A stretch of 64,000 nt of DNA from Heterodontus francisci (lineage: Eukaryota), in assembly GCF_036365525.1 (NCBI RefSeq), contig NC_090374.1, forward strand, positions 154,102,502-154,166,501, given 5' to 3'. Within the stretch, counting starts at the first letter, position 1. Every line of letters begins with the position of its first letter. Below the pieces are notes generated by a model, which saw nothing but the letters and a program-made list of their open reading frames with translations, ran no database searches and was not told the DNA's origin. This document shows positions 1-11,600 of this stretch, in pieces. The position numbers and the translations under genes were made by a program.

Positions 1-14
1 AAAGCACTCATGTT

Positions 15-230
15 AATAAAAACCAAATACTGCAGATGCTGGAAATCTGAAATAAAAACAAAGTGCTGGAAATACTCAGCAGGTCTGGCAACATCTGTAG
101 AGAAAGGAACAGAGTTAACTTTGCAGGTCTGTGACCTTTCATCATTGACCTGAAACGTTAACTCTATTTCTCTCTCTCCACAGATGCTGCCAGACCTGCT
201 AAGTATTTCCGGCACTTGCTGTTTTTATTT
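15..230. mobile_element. Palindromic (fold-back) Penelope-like pLTR/retrozyme-type element, degenerate hammerhead core
   Basis: Arms ~50-130 and ~146-230 are reverse complements. Flanked by the direct repeat aaagcactcatgtt (1-14) / aaggcactcacgtt (231-244). Same family as 61697-61896. Confidence 0.7.
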
Positions 231-1822
231 AAGGCACTCACGTTCCTTAAGGTGCCTGACCAACAGGAGATGCTGAATTTTGTTGGTGATGCCAGTCCAG
301 CCAAAGTAGCCGAAGTAAAAGAAATTGTGAGTGCCGAGGTGCCCTTTTGTTGAATTAGTGCTTCCTTAATTCAACTGATCTTTCTGATTGTCATTCAGTG
401 ATTGCTTTCTGGGTCCCACTTGCAATAGTATCATAACACGATCAGTTCTGATGAAGTGACTGAAGCATTTCAGTGAGCAATATCATCCTGCTATTTACTG
501 AACCATCACAACGGAGGAGTTTAGGGTGATACCCACAGTTAGAACAGGCCTTTGATTGTTAAATGTTCAACTTAGACCAGGAGCTATATACCATGGGCAC
601 ACAAAGGTTACATTCGAATTCTGAAAAATGGCTTTCAGAACATCGCTCTCCATCTAAAATGGAAAAGAAACACACTGATCCAGAAGAACAGAAAAATGGT
701 CTGTCAGATAAATGAGCCATTCTAAATTCACTGCACATTAAATATGTGAAGCACCTGAATGTATAAATAAACATTTGAACCAGAAAGGCGACTTCCCAGA
801 AATAGAATGCAGACAGTAAATGAGCTTCCCAGCAACCATCGAAAAGATGCCTTTCAAATAAAGTGCTTATTATTTTTTAAACATGTTTACACTTCAAATA
901 GAAGTGCTAATGAGGATGGAAAGGGAGGATCGTGAAAATAGCTTCTGATCGTAAAACGTTTGTTGAGCCTAGCCACTCAATATGCTCAAGTTAGAACGTG
1001 AAGTAATTACTGCATGGCCTCTTAAGCTAAGTTGGGTAGACTTGTGTGAGGCACTCATCTTTGTGGGAAGAAAATGAACGATTCATTTGTTGAGTAGTCA
1101 CTAACAGTGAAACAGCATTTTAAGGCACGAAGGGTCTTAAAATATACAATATCCCTGGTTTAATAATTAACATTGGATTAGCAGCAAAGGAGATAGATGT
1201 GAGCTGGTCCAGTGGGACAGACATTCAATGGCTTCTAGAGTATAATTGATTTGGAAATCGAGGGAGAAAAGTGAGGATGTGTGTATCATGCGTGCACTTG
1301 TATGCACCAACTTAATTTTCAATGTAGGAGCTCATTTTTGGAACTAATACTCAGTAATTTGTTCTTAGTGTATTGATAGTAGGTTTCAGCACTTTCACAT
1401 TCTGTTTTTCTTTTCTTGGAGCTCAGATAGAATTATATCAAAGAAACTTGCATTTATATAGTGACTTTCACAAACTAAGGCAGCCCATAAGCAGCACACA
1501 ACCAATTGAGCACTTTTTGAAAAGTAACCACTGTTGTGATGTAGGAACAAAGGGCCGGATTTAATGAAGAAAATGTCGGTCCCACCATGTCGGAGACAGG
1601 AGCGGCTGGCTGCACTTGATCCAGCGGCAGCCAGCCAATTAAAGCGATGAGGTACAGGAGCCGACCAATTACGTGGCTGCTGGCAGAGGCAGACATGGAG
1701 ACAGTGGTGACAGCTGACGCCGCGACAGGTGCTGACGCCATTTTTAAAGGGTTGCCAGACTTGCATTCAATGTTACTGTCTGCAGTGTTGGGATTTCCAG
1801 AGTAATAAAAGGCTGCAGAGTA

Positions 1823-2925
1823 ATGGCAGACAGTAGACTCTCGGTTGGCCCCACGCTTTAGTGATACCTCCCTCCAGATGCTGTTACAAGCTGTCAGGGA
1901 AAGGCGGGCATTTCTCTTCCCTAGGGGCGGGAGGAGGAGAGCCGGGAGCCTGACTGAGCAAGGCTGGCTGCAGATTGCAGAGGGGGTCAGCAGCCATGAG
2001 GTCACACCAACAACCTGGATACAGTGTCGCAAGTGGCTCAATGACCTCATCTAGGCAGCAAAAGTGAGTACCTCTTAAAGTGTTCAGCTCTTGGGTCTTG
2101 CATCTGGCAAAGGAGGAGGGTGCATCGGGTGGAGAGGGGGTCCCCATCCAGACGTGGGCAAATGGTCAGAGGATGCAGACAAACTGCCTGAGGCCTGGAG
2201 AAATGGCCTTGAAAGGAGGCCGTATGTCATGGAGACCCTCATGAGGTCCCTGGAAAGGGGTCGGATGCAGGAGGCATCTGTGTGACCCAATCCGATGGAC
2301 ATACACCAGCACATGACTTGGGGTTGTTCCCACTGGCAGACCAACAGCATTCATACTTGTGTCTGCAGGAATTGCAGAGAGTGGGCCAAGACCAGTGGTG
2401 GACTGCCAAATCTCTGAGCCCAATGGAGAAGGAGGCCATGCAGCTGGCTGGACTGCAGGGAGGATGAAGTATTGTGGACAGAGAGGCAGAGCCTTCTTCC
2501 CAAGGCAGTGAATGAGGTCATCATGGGGCACAAGGGTACATCTATAGCAATGGAGCCATGCTGCTCATCAGGCATCCAGTGCCTACAGGGGTCTCCAATG
2601 TAGGAGTGAGTGCTATGTCAGGAGGGGAGGCCCTTGAGCCATTAATGTCTCTGTTTTCCCATGCAGGTCATACGGAACTTACCCGAAGACTCCAAGACTG
2701 TTGCAGATTCTGCCACCTGAGGGGAAGTAAGGAGCCTCAGAGGGTGCATCATCACCTCATACCTCTTCACCCTCCAACAGCACAGATACTCTAACAACAG
2801 TGTTTATGTGCTCACGGTTTGATTCGGGCACAGAAACTTGTAGCATAGCACACACTTGAGTTGCTAACGTAGGCTGTGACAGCCCAGGCCTCTGACAGTC
2901 AGAGGACACCTGGAAATCCAGCGCC
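1823..2925 (+). pseudogene. Harbinger Myb/SANT-like DNA-binding protein, 5' half (spliced)
   Basis: Translation APRFSDTSLQMLLQAVRERRAFLF...WLQIAEGVS...TWIQCRKWLNDL is a Myb_DNA-bind_5/NAIF1-like domain. Donor aaa|gtgagt at 2063/2064. Acceptors at ~2368 (exon reads ...KTSGGLPNL..LSPMEKEAMQLAG) and ~2667. Confidence 0.8.
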
Positions 2926-3699
2926 GTGACATTGGTTCCATTTTTAGTCAGTGCTGGGAAAGTACCAAGGCAGAATCAATGCCCCGACGCGATGGGAATG
3001 TATTTAACATTGTAGAATGCCTAATTTCAATAGATTAGCATCTCATTCATTGTGATTTAAAGGGGTGCTTGGGATTAAGTGGACGGCAGATGGCACTCAC
3101 ATGCCTTCAGGTTCATGATGGTTGAAAGCTGGGCAAAGCTTCAGTGTCGCGACGGGTAAGCAGCCATGAGCAGCATTGCATAGGGGAAGAGGGGGTTGTG
3201 GAGGACACTTTTGGACTGCAGTGCTGTGCGCTCTGAAAAGGGGGTTGGGGTCTTGGGCTTCTACAGGGAGTGGGGATCGGGGTCTCAGAGGCTCTCTGGG
3301 GAAGGGGGGGACTTGAGTTTGGGTGGCTGTATCTGGTGAACAAACTGTTGGGTGAGATGTGTATTTGCCCATACTGCTGGATGAGAGAGTTGGACATCAG
3401 CAAAGGTGGGCACTGAGGGCCATCAGGGAGTCTGCCGGGGAAGTAGCAAAGGGACAGCAGCGAAGATAGGGTCGTCTCTGTATCTGGATGCCTATTGATT
3501 ACCTGGCATGGATCTCATACACCCTGTCTTTTTGGACCCCCTTGGCATGTTGCAGCACCTCCAACAGGTGAGGGCCAAGAGGCAGCTGCGTCTACCCATG
3601 AAGCTCCACGACGAGAGCAGCAGCAGCAGGCCATGCCAAGAAGGGTCCACCTGCGCCAGAGTGTGTACTGGACTTCTATCAGCAAAGACTACAGCTCTC

Positions 3700-4500
3700 C
3701 AGGGAGGCTGTCGCCGACTCATGCGCCCTGCTGCAAGCTGAGTTTCGACCTATGAGATTCAGGGATTACCCTATGCCAATGATCCTGAAGAACACCATGG
3801 CACTCAAATTTTACACATCTGGATCATTCCAAGGATCCACTGGAGACATGGGGTCTCATGGTAGCAGTCCACTGATGCATCAAGGAGATGACCAGTGCCT
3901 TTTCAAGAAGACTGGTGACTATGTGCGCTAACGAACTGACCCTGATAGTCAGGTGGAGAGGGCCATCAGATTCGGGGCCATTGCTGGATTTCCCCGGGTG
4001 GAAGATGTGATAGACTGCATGCATGTGACCATCAAAGCTTCAAAGGACCAGCCAGCTGCCTTCATTAAAAGGAAGGGCTTCCATTCCATCAATGTTCAAC
4101 TGGTCTGTGACCACCGATAGTGCTTCCTGCAGATATGTGCCCACTTCCTGGGAAGAAGCCACGAAACCTACATACTTCAACAGTCCCAGATGCCACAGCT
4201 TTTCTGGCCCCCGCTCGCCTTCAGGGATGGATTCTTGGAGACAAGGACTACCCATTGAAGACTTGGCTCCTCATGGCTATGTGAACCCTTGCAAAGCAGC
4301 GGAGGAAAGGCACAATAAGATTGCCACAGCTCCACCTGAGTGACCATCAAGCAGGTCATTGGGCTGCTGAAGATGAGATTCTATTACCTACATTGATCCA
4401 GTGGAGCCCTGCAGTATGGTCCTGTGAGGGTCTCACATATTGTGGTGGTCTGCTTTGTTCTGCACAACCTAGCACTGCAGAGGGGGGAGGCCTCCGATGA
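3700..4500 (+). pseudogene. Harbinger DDE transposase (HARBI1-like), disrupted
   Basis: Motifs across frames: [70 protein letters not shown]. Stops and frameshifts present. AATAAA at ~4656. Confidence 0.9.
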
Positions 4501-4949
4501 GGAGGACACAGAGAGGGAGATGAGCAAGCAGCACTGGATGTTGAAGTCCTTGTACTGGAGGCAAGGCAAATTGAGCGATGTGCCAAGGAGGCAAGAGACA
4601 ATCTCATGGTTATCCACTTCCAGCCACCCTGATGTCCACTCACAAAAAAAACCCAATAAAGACTGACCTCAATGCATATAATCTGTCACCTCCTTTCAAT
4701 TTGTGTTCCGTGCCTAGTTTCCAGCTGAAACACGCACTAGTGCTCATGGGAGATCATATTTAAATGAGGGCTGTTCCTATATTGGCATTCCACTCAGGGG
4801 GAAGGGGGAAAGTCAACAGATCACAATTAGGGCATAATAGAATACTCACTTTTACACAATGAACATTAATGGCTTGAACAAAAGAACTTTATATGAAGCT
4901 TCACATGCCAGATATCAAAAACCTGTGAACCCCCAAGTGTGTCTAGGTG

Positions 4950-5660
4950 CTTTTCTTTGTACATTTCTGAGTGTTTCTGTGAGATGTGATCCCTGCAACA
5001 GCAGCCGGGCTGGAGGAAGGCTGCTGATCAGGCTGCCCCTTGGCCTGTGATGACTTTGGCAGCCGTCCTCTGGTTGCCTGAGGCCTGCATGGCGCTGGTT
5101 GCCTGAGGGTTTCCTGCACTGGTGCAAGACTCTCCCCAGGCATCGTGGCTGCTGGAGCTGGGCTCATTGGTGGAGGGGCTGAGGAGCCACTGTCCACACT
5201 TAGAGCACTTTGAGGGCAGCCCCCAGCTGTGGAGGCCAGCCTCTCCTCTTCCCTTCCAAGGCTCACTTGAACCTCCGGCTCACCAGAGAAGGACGAGGAG
5301 CTGCAGAAGCCTCAAGGTGCCTTGTCCTTTTGTCACCTTGCAACTGTTGCATCAAGCCCATGGACAAAGCAATGTTGTGCGCATCTGTTAGGATCTGGTC
5401 TCCATGAGAGTCGCCAACTTCTCGATGGAGGAAGCCATGCACTCACATGCCTTAGACATGGCAGCAGTCATGGTATGGATGGGCTCCTCCATCATCCACT
5501 CATGGCTGTGCATTGCCTCTGGCATCTCTGCTAGATGTTGCCTTGCCTCTCTCTGCAACTCCAGCATGCCCTGTGATGTTGACACCAGAGGCTCGTCATC
5601 AGCCTGGGGCTCAGCCAGTCCTCCGACTGTCAGTGGCCTCAGCTGGCTGAGCCTCAGTCA
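4950..5660 (-). pseudogene. Harbinger Myb-like protein, 3' half (coiled-coil region)
   Basis: MLELQREARQHLAEMPEAM...MEE...MASSIEKLATLME resembles the translations at 47546-47854 (-) and 41077-41310 (+). Confidence 0.7.
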
Positions 5661-6019
5661 GCTGTTCGGGTGCGTCAGGGAGAAAAATTATAGCCCAATA
5701 TTTTTCTTTTTTTTGAATACACTAATTTATTAGTTATGAAAATATCAGGGATGAGAAAAATGGCTGTTTGACTGACGGTCAAGAATCATCCAATTAGAAA
5801 ATGAAGGATCTCTGCAAGAATGAGCATGTCAGGTGACCAATGGTGAAAGCAGGGGGACGGCATGGTTGGAAGTGGGAGGTCATGTGATGAAACCTCCTGA
5901 CATATGTCCAACCAGTGTTGACAACCCTGGATTAAGAGGTGTTTCAACTGATGCATAACTAATTAAGAAATTAAGTTGAATCACCCATTAATGTGCATCT
6001 AAGATTTATTTTGTAGTGC

Positions 6020-6326
6020 TTGACAAAAGAACCAGAGGGGACTTGAGGAGAATTCTTTTTACACAGCAAGTTGTTTTGATCTGGAAGCAGAGTCAATAGT
6101 AACTTCCAAAAGGGCAGTTGATATATAAAAGAAAAACTTGGATTCCTATTATGCTTTCCACAACCTCAGGATGTCCCAAAGTACTTTACAGCCAGTGAAG
6201 TTCTTTAAAGTCGACTGTGGGGAAAGGGCAGGGAGTGGTACTAATTTGATAACATTTGCAAAGAGTTGGCACATGCAAGATGGGCCAAATGGACTCTGTC
6301 TGTGGTGTAAAATTCAATGACTCTAG
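6020..6326 (+). mobile_element. CR1 LINE 3' fragment with embedded SINE tail
   Basis: RRILFTQQVVLIW-type C-terminus and gatgggccaaatgg tail. Reverse-oriented Deu-SINE/L2 tail at ~6135-6205. Confidence 0.55.
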
Positions 6327-6748
6327 TCTAACTCTGGAGGGCATGAGCTGGAGCATTGATGGAGGAAGTGTGGAATAGACTATGTGGTAAGTATACCCTT
6401 CTGGTTATTGTGGATGGTGTGAAGAGATGTCCTGTACAGGTTAAAAGACTAAATAGACAATCCAGGCAGCATCTGCAGCAATCACACAGGAATTCAGTGC
6501 ATCTCAACAACACCTCAATATTGGAACAATATATTTAAAAACTTATTTCCTATCCTGAAGCAAATGTTGAGGTAAGCAGTTAAAATCACTGTCATTTGTG
6601 CCTCACTACTATATACAGGCATACTTCTGAATTAAGAAAGGTGTCAGTTTGGCTCAATAGTAGCATTCTTTCCTCTAAATCAAAAGGTAAGACATGCAAT
6701 GAACTGTTCAAGCTAAAGGTCTTACAAAGGAGCAATGACACAGTAGAC

Positions 6749-7649
6749 CAGCGGTTGGCAACTTTTTTAACTTAAGAGCCTTTTTAAAAGAAATTGCCTA
6801 AAATAAAAACTATTGGAAACCGCAAGATGAAAATCCTGCAATTCTAAACTAAATACTTGGCAAATTGGCAAGTGCCTCTGTTAGAATGCATAATTTGCAT
6901 ATATAAATAAAATATATATGAATTTATGTATCAATAGAGAAACAAACAAAATTAAAATGGCCCTAGCTCTGAATTGCTGCATTTTTTGCGTCTTTTTTTC
7001 TCTTCATATCTCCAGTATATGCATCTTCAGGTTTTGTGCGTCAATTTTCATGAATTATATATAAGCATATTTAAAAAGAAATTGTAAATATGGTGAACCA
7101 TATTCATTTAATGGAAAAACAGCACGTTCCCACGTTGAATAAAAAAGTAAGGAATTTACAAATAAAAACTGAAATAAAAACACAAAGACAAAAAGCATTC
7201 TATCAGATCTTGATAAATGGAATATATTTCACTATAATTTTGTCAGTAAAGTCATCTTTAAAAGAAACTGTAACTAATGATGTTTAGAATTAAGGCAATT
7301 TTTTGGATATAGATTCTAGTGATAAAAAAAAGTTTCTAATAGCACATTCAGAATAATTTATCTTCTCAGCGAGATTAGAATCAATAATGGTTACAACCAT
7401 ACGACCTGTTGCTCGAACCAAAGGCATTATCTATAATCATGCTGTAGCTATACCACTTGAACAGATTTATTTAGAATACGATTAAGGTTTTCCTTAAAAG
7501 AATCATTTTAAACAGCCTTTTATCCCCACAATAAAAACACAGCTCTTAATTTCCTTGATTTAAATTTTTTTCTATGGTAATGCTTTCCAACTGGAAAAGG
7601 TTAGGAGCTGCATATGAGGTGTTAAAGAGCTGCAGGTTGCAGACCCCTG
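6749..7649. mobile_element. hAT (Charlie-type) non-autonomous element
   Basis: TIRs cagcggttggcaac ... ggttgcagacccctg. 8-bp flanks with central TA (cagtagac / ctctaaat). AT-rich interior. Confidence 0.65.
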
Positions 7650-7689
7650 CTCTAAATGTAAATTAATGGGCTTTAGCTCAGCATTTCCT

Positions 7690-8457
7690 ATATCCTAAAG
7701 CGTTGAAATGGCTCTAACCAACGTCAGGAACAACAATCTTTGTGACTGTGACCGTGACCATGGTCCATTTACCCTTCTCATCCGCTTCAACCTCTCTGCA
7801 AATGTCAACACCTTTGACTGCACAACCTTTCCCCAATGCCTTTCCTCCATTGGCCAATTTTGTGCGAATTCCCTCACTCTGTTTTACTCTTGCCTTTCCA
7901 ATCACAGCAAGAGCATGCTTGGAAATGGCTTCTCATCCTACCCTTGCACTAACACCTGCAGAGTCCCTACAGACCCATCCTTGGCCTCCTCCTCTTCCTC
8001 ATCTACAATCTGCCCTGTGGAAATATCATCCTGTAAACCTGGGGTCAGCCTCCACTGTCTCTCACACCCCGTTCACTACCTCCATGTGGCTTGTTAAATA
8101 TTATCTCAAATTTATATTCATATTTTAAGTTCCTTCATTGCCTCATCCTTCCCTAACTTTGTGATCACCTCCAAGCCCATAACCCAAACTCTCTGTTCTC
8201 AGATTCCAAACTCTTATGCATCCTTTACCCTACCATTTGGCAGCCATGCTTCAGCCACCTAGGTGCCACTATTTGGCCATTCCATCCCTAAACATTTCTG
8301 GCTCCTCTTCTCCTTCCTTAAAACCCACCTTTTTGACCAAGCATTTTGTCATTCCTCCTAATCTTTTCTTCTTTGGTTTTGCGTCCATTTTCCTGGTGAA
8401 ATGCTTGGGAGGTTTCTCTGTGTTAAAAGTGCTTTATTTATGTCTGTTTTTGTTGTT
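7690..8457 (+). mobile_element. L2 LINE fragment (RT remnant plus 3' tail)
   Basis: ALTNVRNNNLCDCD..LLIRFNLSANVNTFDC matches the L2 RT motif TETAL.KV.ND...LLVLLDLSAAFDTVDH. Ends in an L2/Deu-SINE-type tail. Confidence 0.7.
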
Positions 8458-8642
8458 TCCCTGACACCAAAGTAATTTCATTTATCAGCTGTTTGCCTCC
8501 AGGCTGAGTCTCCATTTTAGTCTTTGCTATTTCAAAGAAAATCACAAGAAAAAAAGGCAGAAATTTTGTTTGGGTGACACTGTAACCCCAATTTTAACAC
8601 ATTGCAGGAGACATATGGGCGAGAGCGGAGGAAAATGACAAA

Positions 8643-11600
8643 GGGCTGGATTTTACTAGCGCACTACAACACACGGCGGTCCGCCTACGTGCAGCAGCCA
8701 CCACTGAATCCCTGTGATATTTCGCGCGGGAGCTCATTAAAAATGAAGGCACGGAGCGACCACCCCCGATGACATAGAGGGGGCAGGCGCTCTGTATCTG
8801 GCAATGGCGTCCAGCACCACCACGCAGGCACCGGCATCATTTTTAAACAGCTTCAAGCCCTTCACTAGCATTTGCATTTTTGAAAGGAACAAACGTTCAA
8901 AATTAAAGTTACACATGTAGTAACATTTTCACACCCCTCACACACACACCCATGGAAGATTCAAATTATTAAATGCCCATTTCCCCCAAAAAACCTTTAT
9001 GCAGATTCCGACCTTACCGCACCCCCCACCCCAAACTTTATTAACTTGTATCCTTAATCCCTTCCCACCATCCCCCCCCCCACCAATCAAAAGACTGTTC
9101 CCTGCTCCTTCCCCCGCCCCACCAGTGTCTTGCCTTGGTTCCCCAAACAGGGAACTTCCAGCCACCAGTCAGAATATCATCGAGGAACTGCCACCTGGTC
9201 TAGGTAGGTTTATTTACATTTCTTTGAATATCTTTTGCAACGCAAATAAAGGCCCCACTTCAGGGGCCGCAACGAGGCCTCGCCGCTGCCAGTAAAATGT
9301 GACAGGGCCTTCTCGGTGTCAGGGGTCGAGGCGGGTCTCTCCCGGCAGAATTTTACGGACCCCCCTGCCACGACCCCTGCTGTTAAAATTCAATCAACAT
9401 GCGTAGCATTAAATCCACTACGCGATGTGTTTCAACCGTGGACTACCTTGCCAAGGACAAAGCCAACCTACTGTTTCTGCAGGAGTGTGGAATACCACAC
9501 CTCAGCACCACCAGGCAATGGTTGCGATGGTGGTCCTATGGGCCATCGATCTGGTCAGGGGTAATGATTCCCATTCCTCCGGCCTGGGTATTCTGCTGCG
9601 GAGAGCTACTTCACCAACTCCGAAGTTAAGGGCGATCGCCTCCTCGTAGCAGATGCTACGTAGCAGATGCTCTGCTCCGGTTGATCAATGTGTACGCCCC
9701 GGTTCAACGCGGCGAGCGGCTAACCGTCTTCCAGCAGCTCCCACTGCTGCTGTTCCAGGCCGGTCATTCTAGGTGGTGACTTCAACTGTATCATCGATGC
9801 AGCTGGATGATCCGGCAGGGACGACAGCAAACTGGACACTACGTCCAGATTCCTAATAGAAACAGTGAAAGATGCCAAACTGCACGACGTCTTCAGCAAA
9901 CCAGCTGATGGAGCACTGTGTAGATAACATGGTCAAGAACGGACGGGTCTGCCCATTCCAGGATTGACTTCCTGTTTGTGTCCCGTGCTGTCACGGTCGG
10001 ATCAACCGACGTCAAGCCAGTGTTCTTCTCCGACCATTGCCTCTTTTGGCCAATTGTCACTTACAGGACAACTAGCGGGTAGGCAGGGGGTCATGGAAGC
10101 TCAATGTTACACTGCTAACCCCAGAGAACGCAGAGGAACTCAAAAGGGATTACAAAGGTTGGAAAACCATGAAACCACTCTTTCAGTCTCCAGTCCACTG
10201 GTGGGAGGCGATCAAGGTGAACATCAAGAGGTTCTTCATCCACAAAGGTGTTCAGAGGGTGAGAGAGAGACAGAGGGAAATGTCCCGACTCCAGAAAAGT
10301 ATGCAAAATCTGCTCCGGCTGCAGTCGATGGGGATCGAGGTCAAGGAGGACCTCCATGAGATGAAGAGCTAGCAGGTCTCGCTCTTTGCCACGGAGGCCT
10401 CTAAGATCATCTTCCGGTCCAGAGTCTGCTCCATTGAACAGGATGAGACGTGCTCGCGTTACTTCTTCCAAAAGGTACACAGAGAGAGCTCTGTGATCAG
10501 CAGCCTGAAGGAAGAGGATGGCTCGGTAACGTCTTCGCAGTCCGACATACTAAGGACCAGCAAATCCTTTTGTGCTGGGCTGTATGACTCGAAGTCCAAA
10601 GACAGCAGAGCCTCCCAGTCCTTCCTGTCATCTATCACAGAGGTCTTAGATGACAGCATGAGGGAGAGACTGGACAAGCCGTTAACTCTGGATGAGCTGA
10701 CAAAGGCCGTCAAGTCCTTCGAGATAAGTAAAATTCCCGGAAGCGTTGGCTTACCGGTTGAGTTGTATTCCGCCCTGTGGCACTGGGTCGGCCCAGACCT
10801 GCTGGAAGTATATAAGAGTATGCTTCTGGCCGGCAGCATATCAGAATCCATGAGGAAAAGCATCATCACCCTCATCTACAAGCGGAAGGGGGAGAGGGCA
10901 GAAATCAGAAATTGGCGGCCCATCTCACTGCTTAATGTTGACTACAAGATTCTGTCCAAAGTCATAGCCAGTTGAGTCAAGTCTGCTCTGGAGTTGGTGA
11001 TTCACCCTGACCAGACCTGCACTGTATCCGGCAGGAAGATCTCTGATAGTCTCGCGCTACTCAGGGATACGATCACCTATGTACGGGACAGGAGAGTGGA
11101 CACCTGTCTCATCAGCCTGGACCAGGAGAAGGCTTTTGACAGGATATCACACACCTACATGATGGGCGTGCTTTCCAAAATGGGGTTTGGGGAGGGAATT
11201 TGCAATTGGATCAAACTGCTGTACACAAACATCAGTAGCGCAGTCTCAATCAATGGGTGGGAATCAGAAAGTTTCCCGATCCAATCTGGAGTCAGACAGG
11301 GCTGTCCTCTCTCCCCTGCCTTGTTTGTTTGCTGTATTGAACCCTTTGCTGAGTTTATTAGGAAGGATGCAAGCATAAGAGGGATGACAATCCCAGGCAG
11401 TGGAGGCACTCAGGTTAAAACCTCCCTGTACATGGATGACGTCGCCGTCTTCTGCTCGGATCCACTGTCCATTTGCAGACTGATGAGCATCTGCGACCAG
11501 TTCGAACTGGACTTGGGAGCCAAAGTTAACCACAGCAAGAGCGAGGTCATGTTCTTTGGGAACTGAGCTGACCGATCCTTTGTCCCATTCACCGTCAGGT

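Larger units (their letters stand above)
1552..5696. mobile_element. PIF/Harbinger DNA transposon, decayed and internally rearranged
   Basis: Begins gggccggattt and ends aaaaattatagccc, the TIR family seen throughout the window. Contains Myb/SANT-like and DDE_Tnp_4-like remnants. Confidence 0.8.

Noticed and set aside
443-505. Possible C/D snoRNA or hammerhead (ctgatga ... ctga)
   Set aside because: Only ~55 nt, weak terminal stem, no recognisable guide, and no GAAA core.
6430-6580. Possible host exon ending at gag|gtaagc
   Set aside because: All frames from the nearest acceptor contain stops, and no protein similarity was recognised.
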